A stretch of 64,000 bases of DNA, from NCBI GenBank assembly GCA_965205975.1, contig OZ242195.1, positions 2,528,001-2,592,000 of the forward strand. The letters run 5' to 3'. Every line of letters starts with the position of its first letter. Within the stretch, counting starts at the first letter, position 1. The position numbers and the translations under genes were made by a program. This stretch comes from Candidatus Latescibacterota bacterium (GTDB taxonomy: Bacteria > Latescibacterota > UBA2968). A model generated the notes under the pieces. It was not told where the DNA came from and did no database searches. It saw only the letters and a program-made list of their open reading frames with translations. Below are positions 1 to 9,708 of this stretch, in pieces.

Positions 1-64
1 CAACTTTGAATTGTAAGCTAATTCTATCCTCTTCCCGGTCGCGCAATTCGTTGAAAGTCTGCAT
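1..64 (-). CDS. 5' end of a gene running off the left edge (MQTFNELRDREEDRISLQFKV...)
   Basis: ATG at 64 preceded by AAAGGGGGAAAG purine-rich SD; frame open to window edge; divergent from the cytochrome c gene. Confidence 0.5.
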   Translation of the reverse strand, partial: MQTFNELRDREEDRISLQFKV

Positions 65-158
65 GGCTTTCCCCCTTTGAGTAGTGCGGACGGATATGTT
101 CTATTCTATATAAATAATACTAATTTTTTATATTAAGTCAATAGACAAAATACGACTC

Positions 159-199
159 TTGACAATTTATACAGATGAATCTATCGTTTGCGATAGATT
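159..199 (+). promoter_or_regulatory. sigma70-type promoter overlapped by palindromic operator
   Basis: TTGACA(159-164)-17nt-TATCGT(182-187); perfect inverted repeat AATCTATCG-TTTG-CGATAGATT at 178-199. Confidence 0.6.
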
Positions 200-226
200 T
201 TGTATGGATGTCATACTCGGAGAAAT

Positions 227-1201
227 ATGCAAATGAAGTGGGTGGTCGTAATTGTAACAGTTATAGTTGTGGGTGTGCTGGGCGTTGCCTACCATCTGAA
301 GACCAATTTTCCCAAAGTAGATCCGCCTTATAATATTCGCGTGTCGAGAACACCCGAACAGATCGCGCGAGGACGTTATTTAGCCAATCACGTCACGGTA
401 TGTCTCGAATGTCATTCAACGCGGGATTGGGCGCATTATTCTGCGCCACCGCTGCCGGGCACCGAGGGCAAAGGCGGCGAGGTATTTCCCGAAACAGCGG
501 GATTTCCAGGCACCTTGATCGCACCCAATATCACTCCGGCAGCTTTGGGAGATTGGACAGATGGCGAAATCATCCGAGCTTTTACCAGCGGCGTAAATAA
601 AAACGACGATCCACTTTTCCCACTCATGCCCTATCGCGCATATCGAAATCTCATGCCGGCAGATATTGACGCCATTGTCGCTTATGTGCGTACCCTATCT
701 CCCATTGACCATATCCCACCGCGGTCCAAATTGAATTTTCCCATGAACCTGATAGTACGCACAATGCCAGAACCCTATAAACTCCCCAAACCGGTTGATC
801 GTTCAGACCCCGTTGCTTATGGCAAGTATTTGGCGACCATTGCCGGATGTGCCACTTGCCATACGCCTCATGATCAAGCACAAAGACAGCCTGTTGAAGA
901 CATGCAATTCGCTGGAGGATTTCAATTTCAATTGCCCAGTGGAAAAACCGTACAATCGGCCAATATTACACCCGACGTAGAAACGGGAATTGGGCATTGG
1001 AAAAAAGAGTATTTCATCGGGCGTTTCAAGCAATTTGCCGGGGAAAACGCAAAGCAAATTCTATTGCAAGATGGTATGAACAGCGTGATGCCCTGGACAA
1101 TGTACGCGGGCATGACAGACGAAGACCTCGGTGCCATCTACGACTATCTGCAAACCGTCGCGCCAATCCGAAATGCCGTTGAACGGTTTGCAGAACAATA
1201 G
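227..1201 (+). CDS. membrane-anchored diheme cytochrome c
   Basis: N-terminal TM helix; two CxxCH motifs (CLECH, CATCH), each followed by an NITP motif; GGAG SD before ATG 227. Confidence 0.9.
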   Translation: MQMKWVVVIVTVIVVGVLGVAYHLKTNFPKVDPPYNIRVSRTPEQIARGRYLANHVTVCLECHSTRDWAHYSAPPLPGTEGKGGEVFPETAGFPGTLIAPNITPAALGDWTDGEIIRAFTSGVNKNDDPLFPLMPYRAYRNLMPADIDAIVAYVRTLSPIDHIPPRSKLNFPMNLIVRTMPEPYKLPKPVDRSDPVAYGKYLATIAGCATCHTPHDQAQRQPVEDMQFAGGFQFQLPSGKTVQSANITPDVETGIGHWKKEYFIGRFKQFAGENAKQILLQDGMNSVMPWTMYAGMTDEDLGAIYDYLQTVAPIRNAVERFAEQ

Positions 1202-1211
1202 AGAGGAAAAA

Positions 1212-1988
1212 ATGGAATCAGGTTCCGGAGCATTTAATTTTGATCGCGTCAAAGTATGGTATCATTGCCCGCAAGACCATCTTGCTGACCTACCAGTAGT
1301 ATTTGCCCTGCACGGAGCCTCACGCAATGCCAGCACCTATCGCGACACCTGGGCCGGTCATGCCGATAGACATGGCTTTTTATTATTGGCTCCAGAGTTT
1401 TCACAGGCAAATTACCCCGATGAAACAACATTTAACCTCGGCAATGTATTTGCCGAAGATGGCACGCGAAATGCCATGGTCGATTGGTCCTTCCAAATAA
1501 TTGAAGGCATTTTTGATCACGTCAAAAAACATGTGGGACTCCGGGCATCGTCCTACGGATTCTATGGGCATTCAGCCGGCAGCCAGTTTGTACACCGATT
1601 TTTGTACTTCATGCCTCAGTCACATGCACATATCTTTGTAGCGGCTAACGCAGGATGGTACACCATGCCCACATTCGAACAGACCTATCCCTATGCACTG
1701 TCCGGGTCGGGCCTAACTGTCGCGGACCTAAAACGGTCTCTAAGCCAGCGAGTTGTGGTACTCCTGGGCACTGATGATGTAGATGTGAACCACCCCAAAT
1801 TGAGACGCACGCCGCAGGCGATGATGCAGGGCGCACACCGTTTTGAGCGCGGTCATACATTTTTTGAAACGGCAAAACGAGAAGCCGAAGCACTAAACGT
1901 GCCATTTAACTGGCAGTTGGACACAGTGCCCAACGTGGGACACAACAATGCGGGAATGGCAAAAGTGGGCGTTGCGTATTTGGTGTGA
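1212..1988 (+). CDS. alpha/beta hydrolase (esterase/depolymerase-like)
   Basis: LHG oxyanion motif, GHSAG nucleophile elbow, C-terminal VGH; GAGG SD before ATG 1212. Confidence 0.8.
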   Translation: MESGSGAFNFDRVKVWYHCPQDHLADLPVVFALHGASRNASTYRDTWAGHADRHGFLLLAPEFSQANYPDETTFNLGNVFAEDGTRNAMVDWSFQIIEGIFDHVKKHVGLRASSYGFYGHSAGSQFVHRFLYFMPQSHAHIFVAANAGWYTMPTFEQTYPYALSGSGLTVADLKRSLSQRVVVLLGTDDVDVNHPKLRRTPQAMMQGAHRFERGHTFFETAKREAEALNVPFNWQLDTVPNVGHNNAGMAKVGVAYLV

Positions 1989-2080
1989 TCCGCAGAAAAA
2001 AACGCGAGTAATTTGAGCGTTTTTCGCAGATGAACGCAGATAAAAAAGAGGACTGGGGCTGGGATAGGCTAATCGCTTAT

Positions 2081-2120
2081 AAATAAAAGAATGGCCGCGA
2101 TCCCTGTTATCGCGGCCATT
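2081..2120 (-). terminator. intrinsic terminator
   Basis: 12-bp perfect stem AATGGCCGCGAT/ATCGCGGCCATT with 7-nt loop, followed by CTTTTATTT on the minus strand. Confidence 0.7.
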
Positions 2121-2425
2121 TATGTACTACAAGTCATAGAACCTCCTATGTCAGCCGATCGGGTGAGAGGCCCTAACACCCGACCGCTGGATACAGATTG
2201 GTGGCATAGTAACCTCCTCTTGTGAGTATTGCGGCCCGTCACACCCACTCGCGGTCCGATGAACTCTCTATGCCCTGTGTGTTTGCGCGAAGGTCTAAGG
2301 AACGGTATCCAAGTCGGGTTACCGAATGGCGGTAACAAGTCCGACGGGAAAAAAGACCAGATGTAAAACACGCGGGCAAGAACCCTCTCGAGCGGAATGC
2401 CGCCTGACGATTCATATCGCCTTTT
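2085..2425 (-). ncRNA. candidate structured RNA / small-ORF transcript of unknown family
   Basis: bounded by a minus-strand promoter and terminator; nested hairpins; no credible long ORF; two GGAGGT motifs ahead of 18- and 5-codon ORFs. Confidence 0.5.
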
Positions 2426-2430
2426 GTTAG

Positions 2431-2460
2431 AATATAACCCGATAAATTGTGGGATGTCAA
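2431..2460 (-). promoter_or_regulatory. sigma70-type promoter
   Basis: TTGACA(2460-2455)-18nt-TATATT(2436-2431) on the minus strand. Confidence 0.6.
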
Positions 2461-2568
2461 GACCTAATTTGACATATTTTTATAAGCATCTTTAGGTAAA
2501 ATTATGTACTATATATCAGTACCCAATCCACGCTAATCATTTCCGCTATAGAACAGGAGAACGCTGAT

Positions 2569-4164
2569 ATGGGATATGGCAAACGAGAAGATCCAAAATT
2601 GTTTCACGACGAGCAAATGCGTCAATATATCGCAGACGGATACGTGATTTTTAAGCCAAATGTGCCCGATGACCTGCACGAGACAATTCGGCAAAAACTG
2701 CAACTAATGGTGGATGAAGAGTTTAATTACGGCAACAACGTGCTACCCCGCGTCCCCGAGATGGACCGCATCTTAAACAGCCCAGAAGTGCGGGGCGCGC
2801 TCATCAGCGTACTAGGCCCGGGCTACATCGAACACCCGCATCGGTTTTGTCACTACATCTCGCCCGACGCAACACACAGAACACTCGCTCAAAATTGTCA
2901 TCAAGATTCTTACACTCCTCTGGGGCGCCCGCGCCAGCACTACCCGCGCTTTGCGCGCATCATGTACTATCCGCAGGATTCACCCGTTGAAATCGGTCCC
3001 ACACACGCGATTCCCGGCACACAGTATCACAGGCGATTGACAGATGAAGACCGCCAGAACGCCATTCCAATAGCCGGTAAAGCCGGCACAGTATCAATCA
3101 CGCACTTTGATATAGGACACGCGGCAGGCATCAACGCGCTTCGCCAACCCCGTCATATGATAAAATTTATTTACGTGCGCGCCGAAGAACCGACCGAACC
3201 CTCGTGGGATTGCCAGGATCATATCTGGCGAAACCCCGAAACATATAAAACGCCGCATGATCTGCACCTAATCTGGTCGCATATATGGGATTGGCTCTAT
3301 GGCAAAAAGGATCGATACGAAAGTTTTTGCGCATCAGACCCTGCAATTTGTGAATTAGAAGACCTGCATCACAACAACCTGGACAAACGACTCGCAGCCA
3401 TGCACTCAATAGCCGCAACAAAAAATGCCGATGCCATTCCAGCACTGATTAACAAGCTCAATACCGACGACCAGTGGACGCGCCTCGCGACTGTATATAC
3501 CCTGGGCGCAATAGGTCAACCCGCAGTACAGCCCCTGACAGAAGCCCTCTTAAATGTCGCCGCACACAAAGACGAGGACCCCGTACCCACATCCTGGAAT
3601 GAAGGCGCCATATCGATGGAAGATGCTGCCCATGCACTTGTCGCCATAGGCACACCTTCGCTAAATGCGCTGATTGGGCTACTGGACAACCCGAGCGAAT
3701 GGGCACGCATCAACGCGGCCTTTGCACTCGGTGAAATGGATACTCTGGCGGCACAAGCTGTCCCTGCACTCACGCGCTGTCTTGACGATGCGTCTCACTG
3801 CGTTGTGCGCACAGCCACAGATGCGCTGGGCAGCATTCGGAAAGATAGCGAAGAATTTATACCCGTACTCGAGCGACTGCTCAAAGTGGGACGCCCCGAA
3901 TGGCAAATGCCCGACCGACGCGACTGGACGCCCTATGACCAGGTCCGCGTCAACGCCGCAATGGCATTTACGCGCCTGGGCAAAGACGCTGCATCTGCCG
4001 CAGCTCTCCTGCTCGACACATTATCCGACCCCAACGGTCACGTCGCGGCATTTGCCCTGGAAGCATTGCGACGGATAGGCACGCCCTCGGCAATGGATGG
4101 CGTCATGGAATATCTGATGACGCGGCGATGGGATGAAAGCATTGAGAAAGGAAGATTGTTTTGA
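2569..4164 (+). CDS. phytanoyl-CoA dioxygenase (PhyH) domain fused to HEAT/PBS-lyase repeats
   Basis: HQD...H facial triad in the N-terminal half; repeated 'VR..AA.ALG.IG' HEAT units in the C-terminal half; AGGAG SD. Confidence 0.85.
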   Translation: MGYGKREDPKLFHDEQMRQYIADGYVIFKPNVPDDLHETIRQKLQLMVDEEFNYGNNVLPRVPEMDRILNSPEVRGALISVLGPGYIEHPHRFCHYISPDATHRTLAQNCHQDSYTPLGRPRQHYPRFARIMYYPQDSPVEIGPTHAIPGTQYHRRLTDEDRQNAIPIAGKAGTVSITHFDIGHAAGINALRQPRHMIKFIYVRAEEPTEPSWDCQDHIWRNPETYKTPHDLHLIWSHIWDWLYGKKDRYESFCASDPAICELEDLHHNNLDKRLAAMHSIAATKNADAIPALINKLNTDDQWTRLATVYTLGAIGQPAVQPLTEALLNVAAHKDEDPVPTSWNEGAISMEDAAHALVAIGTPSLNALIGLLDNPSEWARINAAFALGEMDTLAAQAVPALTRCLDDASHCVVRTATDALGSIRKDSEEFIPVLERLLKVGRPEWQMPDRRDWTPYDQVRVNAAMAFTRLGKDAASAAALLLDTLSDPNGHVAAFALEALRRIGTPSAMDGVMEYLMTRRWDESIEKGRLF

Positions 4165-5411
4165 ACACACGACACCTGATTTCAACGCAGGGATCGGACC
4201 GCGGAACGGGATATAACATGAGCGGGAAACTGATTCGGCGCGATGGCAAATTATTCATCGGATGGTTGGATGCCCCATCAGAAAAAGGCACACAGGCGAG
4301 GATCATGATAGGCGTTTGTGACGAAGTATCCGGCGAGATGCACCGGGCATTTCAAATTGGCGAAGGCATTGACAACCACTGTGGACCCGCCCTGATACTG
4401 GACGGCAATGGGCGATTGCACGCCTTCGTCGGAGCGCATCACGGACCATTTCTGTATCGGTGGTCGGACAATCCTGAAGACCCAAATACCTGGAGTGAAG
4501 CAGAGGCATTGGGCACATTGGGCACATATCCCAGTTTCGCAGTAGATCAGCACGGAACTCTTCACCTGTCACATCGCGAGAGCGGAGACAGATGGGCCAT
4601 GTGGTATCGGCGAAAAAAAGCCAACCAGAATTGGGAACCACCGCGTGTAATTGCCGTCAGCCCGGTCGCGGGATACAACCATTTCATGCAATCTCTGACC
4701 ACAGGACCAGACGGAACCCTGCATCTAATATTTCAATTTCACTTTGCAGAATCTGGACATGCAGCAGATTGCCGGGGACGCGCAGCAGTACATGTGTATT
4801 CAGAAGACAGCGGCGAAACGTGGTTTAATGAAGGCGCGCGCTTTGACGACCCATTGACAATGGAAACAATGCGAGCCATTTGTCACGACCCGCAGGGCGG
4901 AGATGGCCAGCACAGTGTGCGCGTGGGCAATCACGTCGTAGATGCAAACAATCAACCGTGGTTCTTCTGCTCATATCCCGGATATCAAAGCGGCGTATTG
5001 TGGCATCGCAGCGACGCGAGATGGGAGCCTGTGGATCTATCCCCAGTCCTCGATGGCTTAAACATGGAAGGTGGACGCGCGACATCGCTATCCCGAGATC
5101 ACAAAGGCAGATTGCACTTTGCATTTGCAACACACCCGCACAAAAAGCGGTGTGAATGGTTCAGCCCCGAACTGGAATTATTTTATGCAATACTCGACGA
5201 AAAAGGCGGGTTGGTCTCCTTAGATCAACTCACGGAAACCGACAACGCGGCAGCGAATTGGTTGCCCGCACTCGAGCAATGGGACTGGACGCGACCCCAC
5301 CAAAAGTTCGATAATGGTCACTGGATGATGTACACACGCGGCTTAAATGCCGGCGGCATTGGCGGCGACAACAAAAGCGCATTGAAGACAGAAATTTATT
5401 TGACCAGATGA
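4161..5411 (+). CDS. BNR-4/sialidase-like beta-propeller protein
   Basis: DNH.GPAL..D..G.LH...G.H motif, Asp-box SEDSGETW, TYP motif; 4-nt overlap with upstream gene. Confidence 0.75.
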   Translation: MNTRHLISTQGSDRGTGYNMSGKLIRRDGKLFIGWLDAPSEKGTQARIMIGVCDEVSGEMHRAFQIGEGIDNHCGPALILDGNGRLHAFVGAHHGPFLYRWSDNPEDPNTWSEAEALGTLGTYPSFAVDQHGTLHLSHRESGDRWAMWYRRKKANQNWEPPRVIAVSPVAGYNHFMQSLTTGPDGTLHLIFQFHFAESGHAADCRGRAAVHVYSEDSGETWFNEGARFDDPLTMETMRAICHDPQGGDGQHSVRVGNHVVDANNQPWFFCSYPGYQSGVLWHRSDARWEPVDLSPVLDGLNMEGGRATSLSRDHKGRLHFAFATHPHKKRCEWFSPELELFYAILDEKGGLVSLDQLTETDNAAANWLPALEQWDWTRPHQKFDNGHWMMYTRGLNAGGIGGDNKSALKTEIYLTR

Positions 5412-5451
5412 ATTTATCAAATCCTTCCTGCTGAACCTCCAAAAAAAATGA

Positions 5452-5511
5452 TTGACATCTGAGACCATTTACTCTATTTTCTTAATTAACTCTAAAAAAT
5501 AGAGAACTCTA
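5452..5511 (+). promoter_or_regulatory. promoter with repeated operator half-sites
   Basis: TTGACA(5452)-17nt-TATTTT(5475); ACTCTA at 5471, 5489, 5506; palindrome CTCTA-AAAAA-TAGAG at 5490-5504. Confidence 0.6.
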
Positions 5512-5534
5512 AAACCTATCAAAGGAAGAATCAA

Positions 5535-6110
5535 ATGCAACCCACGCAAAAATTTGAAGAGGATGTAGCCTTCGTCCGCGAGGCTGTTGAAAAGCGCGAT
5601 AGAATGCAATACAACTCCATTGCCATCGCCTTGCTCTGGGCCATCATCCTCACCGCCGGTTATATGGTCAACGATTTTCGTCCCGCAATAGGCCACCTCT
5701 ATTGGCCCATTGCGACCTTCATCGGCTTCCTGATCAGTTTCTGGATCGCCAAGCGAGCAATGCGGGCGAGAGGCATCATAAGAAACGGCCTTAGGGCCAG
5801 GTATGGCTGGCACTGGGGCAGTTTGTTTGTCGTTATTCCCATTACTGTATTCATTGCCCTACGACATGGCCTGGCCATGGAACCTTCGGTAATGAACCAG
5901 TTCATCACCCTGATCGCTGGTGTCACCTGCTATCTCGCCGGGCTGCACCTGGACCGCCGCTTTCTGCTACCCGGCATCGTACACATCGTGGGGGCTCCTG
6001 CTGTTGACTATCTCGCGCCTTACCCCTGGACTATGGTCGGTCTGGCCATAGCCGCCAGCCTGATCATCAGTGCCTTATGGATGAAGCCTAATGAAAAAAC
6101 CACCCTCTGA
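5535..6110 (+). CDS. multi-pass membrane protein
   Basis: about 6 hydrophobic segments; overlaps the downstream regulator gene. Confidence 0.75.
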   Translation: MQPTQKFEEDVAFVREAVEKRDRMQYNSIAIALLWAIILTAGYMVNDFRPAIGHLYWPIATFIGFLISFWIAKRAMRARGIIRNGLRARYGWHWGSLFVVIPITVFIALRHGLAMEPSVMNQFITLIAGVTCYLAGLHLDRRFLLPGIVHIVGAPAVDYLAPYPWTMVGLAIAASLIISALWMKPNEKTTL

Positions 6111-6420
6111 AAACACCTCCGACAGCCTTGCCCAACTGGACAAACTGCTGGAACACCGGTCTCGGCTTGGTGCCTGTGTACTCCTCGCCGACACCGATAC
6201 CATGACCTTTAGCAGTTTGAAACAACTGCTAAAAGAAACCGACGGCAATATGGGTGCGCACCTGCGAAAACTGGAAGACATGGGCTATGTTGATGTTGAC
6301 AAGCGATTTAAAAACCGAAAACCCGTCACCTGGTACAGCCTCACGGAAAAAGGCCGCGAGTCTTTAACCACACATGTAAAAGCCCTGCAAACCGTAATCC
6401 GCAGTGCCGGTATTGACTGA
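6091..6420 (+). CDS. winged-helix transcriptional regulator (ArsR/MarR-like, HTH_34 type)
   Basis: 'F..LK..L..TDGN.GAHLRKLE..GYV...K.F..RKP.T.Y.LT..GR' pattern. Confidence 0.9.
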   Translation: MKKPPSENTSDSLAQLDKLLEHRSRLGACVLLADTDTMTFSSLKQLLKETDGNMGAHLRKLEDMGYVDVDKRFKNRKPVTWYSLTEKGRESLTTHVKALQTVIRSAGID

Positions 6421-6433
6421 TAGGAGAAAACTC

Positions 6434-7279
6434 ATGCAATACATTTTACTCGCATCCATCGTCCTCTTCATCATCGCACAACAAGGACGTGCGGCTGCGC
6501 GGGAATCAACCGATGGACAAAACCCTGACCAGCCGACTGTCAAATCGGACGAATCCACACAACCCGTCGCCAGCCTCTTCACCAGCGGCAAAAATATCCT
6601 TCAACAGGGTGTAAGCGAGGGCAATCTCGACGCCCTGTACACCGCCCGGGCGACATTCGAACGCACCCTCACCGATAAAAGCCTATCGGCGTGGAGCCAT
6701 TACTACATCGCCCTCACCGACTACCGCATTGCCAACAATCTCTTAGCCCGAGGCAAAAAGAACAAAGACCAGGCGTCTAAGCACCTCAAAGAGGCGGCTG
6801 AGCATCTGGAAGAAGCGGAAGACATCACTCGTGAAGATGCCAAAACGATCGCTGCCGAAGTCTATGCACTGCTATCAAGCGTGTACGGGCGACAAATCAG
6901 CCTGAGTGGAATCAAAGGCATATTCCTCGGACCCAAATCCGGCAACCTCTTAAAAAAAGCCGAACAACTCGCACCCGACAATCCGCGCGTAGTCCTGAGC
7001 GCGGCCATCGGTGCTTTTAACACACCCCAAATGTGGGGTGGAAGCAAAGAACGGGCGCTGGAAGGATTCCAGCGCGCCGCAGAACTCTTTGCCCAGGAAA
7101 AACCGACCGATCCCATCCATCCCATTTGGGGACACAGCGAGACCTATGCCTGGCTGGGCATCGCGTATATGGATCGCGATGAGAAGGATCCAGCGCGAGC
7201 GGCTTTTGAAAAAGCACTCGAAATTGATCCAGATAACGGCTGGGTCAAACATGATCTGTTGCCGAAGGTGACAGAATAG
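6434..7279 (+). CDS. exported tetratricopeptide-repeat protein
   Basis: signal-peptide-like N-terminus; TPR units (A.QLAPDNP, FEKALEIDPDN); AGGAG SD. Confidence 0.8.
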   Translation: MQYILLASIVLFIIAQQGRAAARESTDGQNPDQPTVKSDESTQPVASLFTSGKNILQQGVSEGNLDALYTARATFERTLTDKSLSAWSHYYIALTDYRIANNLLARGKKNKDQASKHLKEAAEHLEEAEDITREDAKTIAAEVYALLSSVYGRQISLSGIKGIFLGPKSGNLLKKAEQLAPDNPRVVLSAAIGAFNTPQMWGGSKERALEGFQRAAELFAQEKPTDPIHPIWGHSETYAWLGIAYMDRDEKDPARAAFEKALEIDPDNGWVKHDLLPKVTE

Positions 7280-7296
7280 CATAAGCAGCGCGTTGT

Positions 7297-7343
7297 AAAA
7301 AGAAAGACCGCGAGTCGAAATATCTCGCGGTCTTTCTTTTTTT
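7297..7343 (+). terminator. intrinsic terminator
   Basis: AAAAAGAAAGACCGCGAG/CTCGCGGTCTTTCTTTTT stem with U-tract. Confidence 0.85.
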
Positions 7344-7352
7344 AGAAATCGG

Positions 7353-7382
7353 TTGACAGCACCTTCAATCGCCTATTACATT
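7353..7382 (+). promoter_or_regulatory. sigma70-type promoter
   Basis: TTGACA-18nt-TACATT. Confidence 0.5.
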
Positions 7383-7433
7383 TGATCTTTTCCAAACAAA
7401 AATACCGAAAACCCAACTCACAAAGGAACGCAC

Positions 7434-8525
7434 ATGTCCAACGACAACATCATTCGCGTCGCCATCGGCGGCCAGGGTCGCAGTGGATACAACATCCATG
7501 CCAAACAATTGAACCAGATGCCCGACAAATTCAAAATTGTAGCCGTAGCCGATCAATTGCCCGAGCGCAGACGCGATGCCCGCGAACAATTTGGAGCCGA
7601 AGCTTATGAAGACTGGCAAGACATGATCAAAGCAGGTGGATTTGATCTCTTTGTCAATGCCCTGCACCAGCCCCTGCACCCTGTCGCCAGCATTGCCGCT
7701 CTCCAGGAGGGTTCCCATGTCGTATGCGAAAAACCCACCTGCAAAACCGTGGCACAATTCGACGACATCGTTCAAACAGCCAGAGACAACAACCGCGTCT
7801 TTGCCCCCTTCCAAAACAACCGGTTGCAACCTTACTTCGACAAAATACAGGAAATCATCAACTCGGGCGTCCTGGGCAAAATCGTGTACATCCGATCCTC
7901 CTGGGGCGGTTTTTCGCGGCGCTGGGACTGGCAAACCCGTCAGGAAAACTGGGGCGGTGGTCTGCTCAACACAGGACCTCATCCCGTCGATCAAGCCCTC
8001 TGCCTCTTTGGCTTTGACCGCACCCCCAGCGTCTTTGCCCGAATGGACTGCAACAACCCCTTTGAAGGCGACGCCGACGATCACTGCACCGTCACATTGT
8101 ACGACCCCGAACGACAGGCACCCCAAATCGACATCGTCGTCAGCAACTACCTGCATTATCCGCAAAACGACACCTACACCATTAACGGCACCTATGGCGG
8201 TCTCACAGGGGGATCATCAGCACTCAAATGGCGTTATTTTGACCCCGAAAAAGCACCCAAACACGACATGTGGACATGGTCGGTAAACCGACAGTACACC
8301 CGCGAAGAGCTCGACTGGATCGAAGAAACGTGGACACTCGAAGAAGAAAAGAAAAACAACAGTTCTCCCTCCGTCTCACTCGAAAGCGGTCCCGCACGTT
8401 TCTACAACAACATCTACGATGTCCTCAAAAACAACGGCGAACTCCTCATCGCACCCGCGCAAGTACGCACACAAATCGCCGTCATAGAAGAATCCCACCG
8501 GCAAAACCCGCTTCCGAAAAAGTAA
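7434..8525 (+). CDS. Gfo/Idh/MocA oxidoreductase
   Basis: N-terminal Rossmann GQGRSG, CEKP motif, GGG.L.N.G.H..D. Confidence 0.9.
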   Translation: MSNDNIIRVAIGGQGRSGYNIHAKQLNQMPDKFKIVAVADQLPERRRDAREQFGAEAYEDWQDMIKAGGFDLFVNALHQPLHPVASIAALQEGSHVVCEKPTCKTVAQFDDIVQTARDNNRVFAPFQNNRLQPYFDKIQEIINSGVLGKIVYIRSSWGGFSRRWDWQTRQENWGGGLLNTGPHPVDQALCLFGFDRTPSVFARMDCNNPFEGDADDHCTVTLYDPERQAPQIDIVVSNYLHYPQNDTYTINGTYGGLTGGSSALKWRYFDPEKAPKHDMWTWSVNRQYTREELDWIEETWTLEEEKKNNSSPSVSLESGPARFYNNIYDVLKNNGELLIAPAQVRTQIAVIEESHRQNPLPKK

Positions 8526-8546
8526 AGCACAACAAAGGGAAACCCC

Positions 8547-9398
8547 ATGAGCATCCCCATCTTAGACACCCATCAACACCTCATCTACCCGGACAAATAC
8601 CCCTATTCGTGGACCGAGGCACACCCACCACTCAAAAACACAGCCTTCCACATCGAAGACTATTTGACCCTCACAAAAGACAGCGGCATCACCCGCACCA
8701 TTTTCATGGAAGCCTCGCCCGATGACCCCCACTGGCATGACGAAACGCAATTTGTTTATGAATTATCCGAACAACCCAATGCCATAATCGATGGCGTCAT
8801 CGCCAACTGCCGTCCCGAATCCCCTTCTGACTTTGAAGCCTATATCGAATCTGTTCAGCACCCCAAACTCGTCGGCTTCCGCCGCATCCTGCACACCATG
8901 CCCGACGACCTCTCCCAATCGGATCACTTTACAACAAACATCCGCCTGCTCGAAAAATACAACCTCACCTTCGACCTCTGCTTCCGCGCCGACCAACTCC
9001 CCATCGCCCGCAACCTCGCGCAAAAATGTCCAAACGTCCAATTCATCCTCGACCACTGCGGCGTGCCGGACATTGCAAACAGCGAAACAGACCCCTGGCG
9101 CGACCACATCGCGCAAATAGCCGCCCTCCCCAATGTCGCATGCAAAATATCGGGCGTCCTCGCCTATTGCGCCGAGGGAAATGCCACCACCGAAGCGGTA
9201 CGCCCTTATGTCGAACACTGCATCGCCAGCTTTGGCTGGAATCGCGTGGTCTGGGGCAGCGACTGGCCCGTATGCAACACGCGGTCCGATATCCAGACCT
9301 GGGTTCAAATATCGCGCGAAATCGTCGCCAATGCCGACGTAGCGGACCAAGAAAAACTCTTCCACAAAAACGCGGAACGCATCTATCTCAAAAAATAA
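8547..9398 (+). CDS. amidohydrolase_2 family (sugar lactonase-like)
   Basis: DTHQH, LDHCG.P, CKISG and WGSDWP motifs. Confidence 0.9.
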   Translation: MSIPILDTHQHLIYPDKYPYSWTEAHPPLKNTAFHIEDYLTLTKDSGITRTIFMEASPDDPHWHDETQFVYELSEQPNAIIDGVIANCRPESPSDFEAYIESVQHPKLVGFRRILHTMPDDLSQSDHFTTNIRLLEKYNLTFDLCFRADQLPIARNLAQKCPNVQFILDHCGVPDIANSETDPWRDHIAQIAALPNVACKISGVLAYCAEGNATTEAVRPYVEHCIASFGWNRVVWGSDWPVCNTRSDIQTWVQISREIVANADVADQEKLFHKNAERIYLKK

Positions 9399-9453
9399 GA
9401 ACGGTCCCTCATAAAGAGAGACCGTCTAATCGTGACACATCTCAATTCTGTCT

Positions 9454-9696
9454 CTAACTCTCCTCTCCCCCGTCTGTGCGATCTTGCTCAACCTTCTGAG
9501 CAGCGGACATCCCGTCCTTTTTACCCATATTATAGGCGTGTCGTGTTGCGTGTTGTAATGCATATATTCCTATCCCGCATATTAGGGCTACAACAACAAC
9601 AAATGGCAGATCAAACCCGAAAATAAATCGAACTGCGGCTATACCCACCAGACCAGATGCGGCATGGCCGACTCCCACCCAGAAAGACTTATTCAT
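9454..9696 (-). CDS. small two-TM membrane protein
   Basis: two hydrophobic helices; AGGAGG SD; co-oriented with the SDR gene. Confidence 0.6.
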   Translation of the reverse strand: MNKSFWVGVGHAASGLVGIAAVRFIFGFDLPFVVVVALICGIGIYALQHATRHAYNMGKKDGMSAAQKVEQDRTDGGEES

Positions 9697-9708
9697 AATT
9701 CCTCCTAT

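Noticed and set aside
2025..2045. CGCAGATGAACGCAGATAAA short tandem repeat
   Set aside because: Two 7-nt units only; not a CRISPR array and too short to classify.
2120..2460. ORFs 2120-2371 and 2239-2460 as proteins; element as tmRNA, RNase P or SRP RNA
   Set aside because: The ORFs lack an SD and protein-like composition. No tRNA-like ends, no GAGGAAAGTCC, no SRP domain IV motif recognised.
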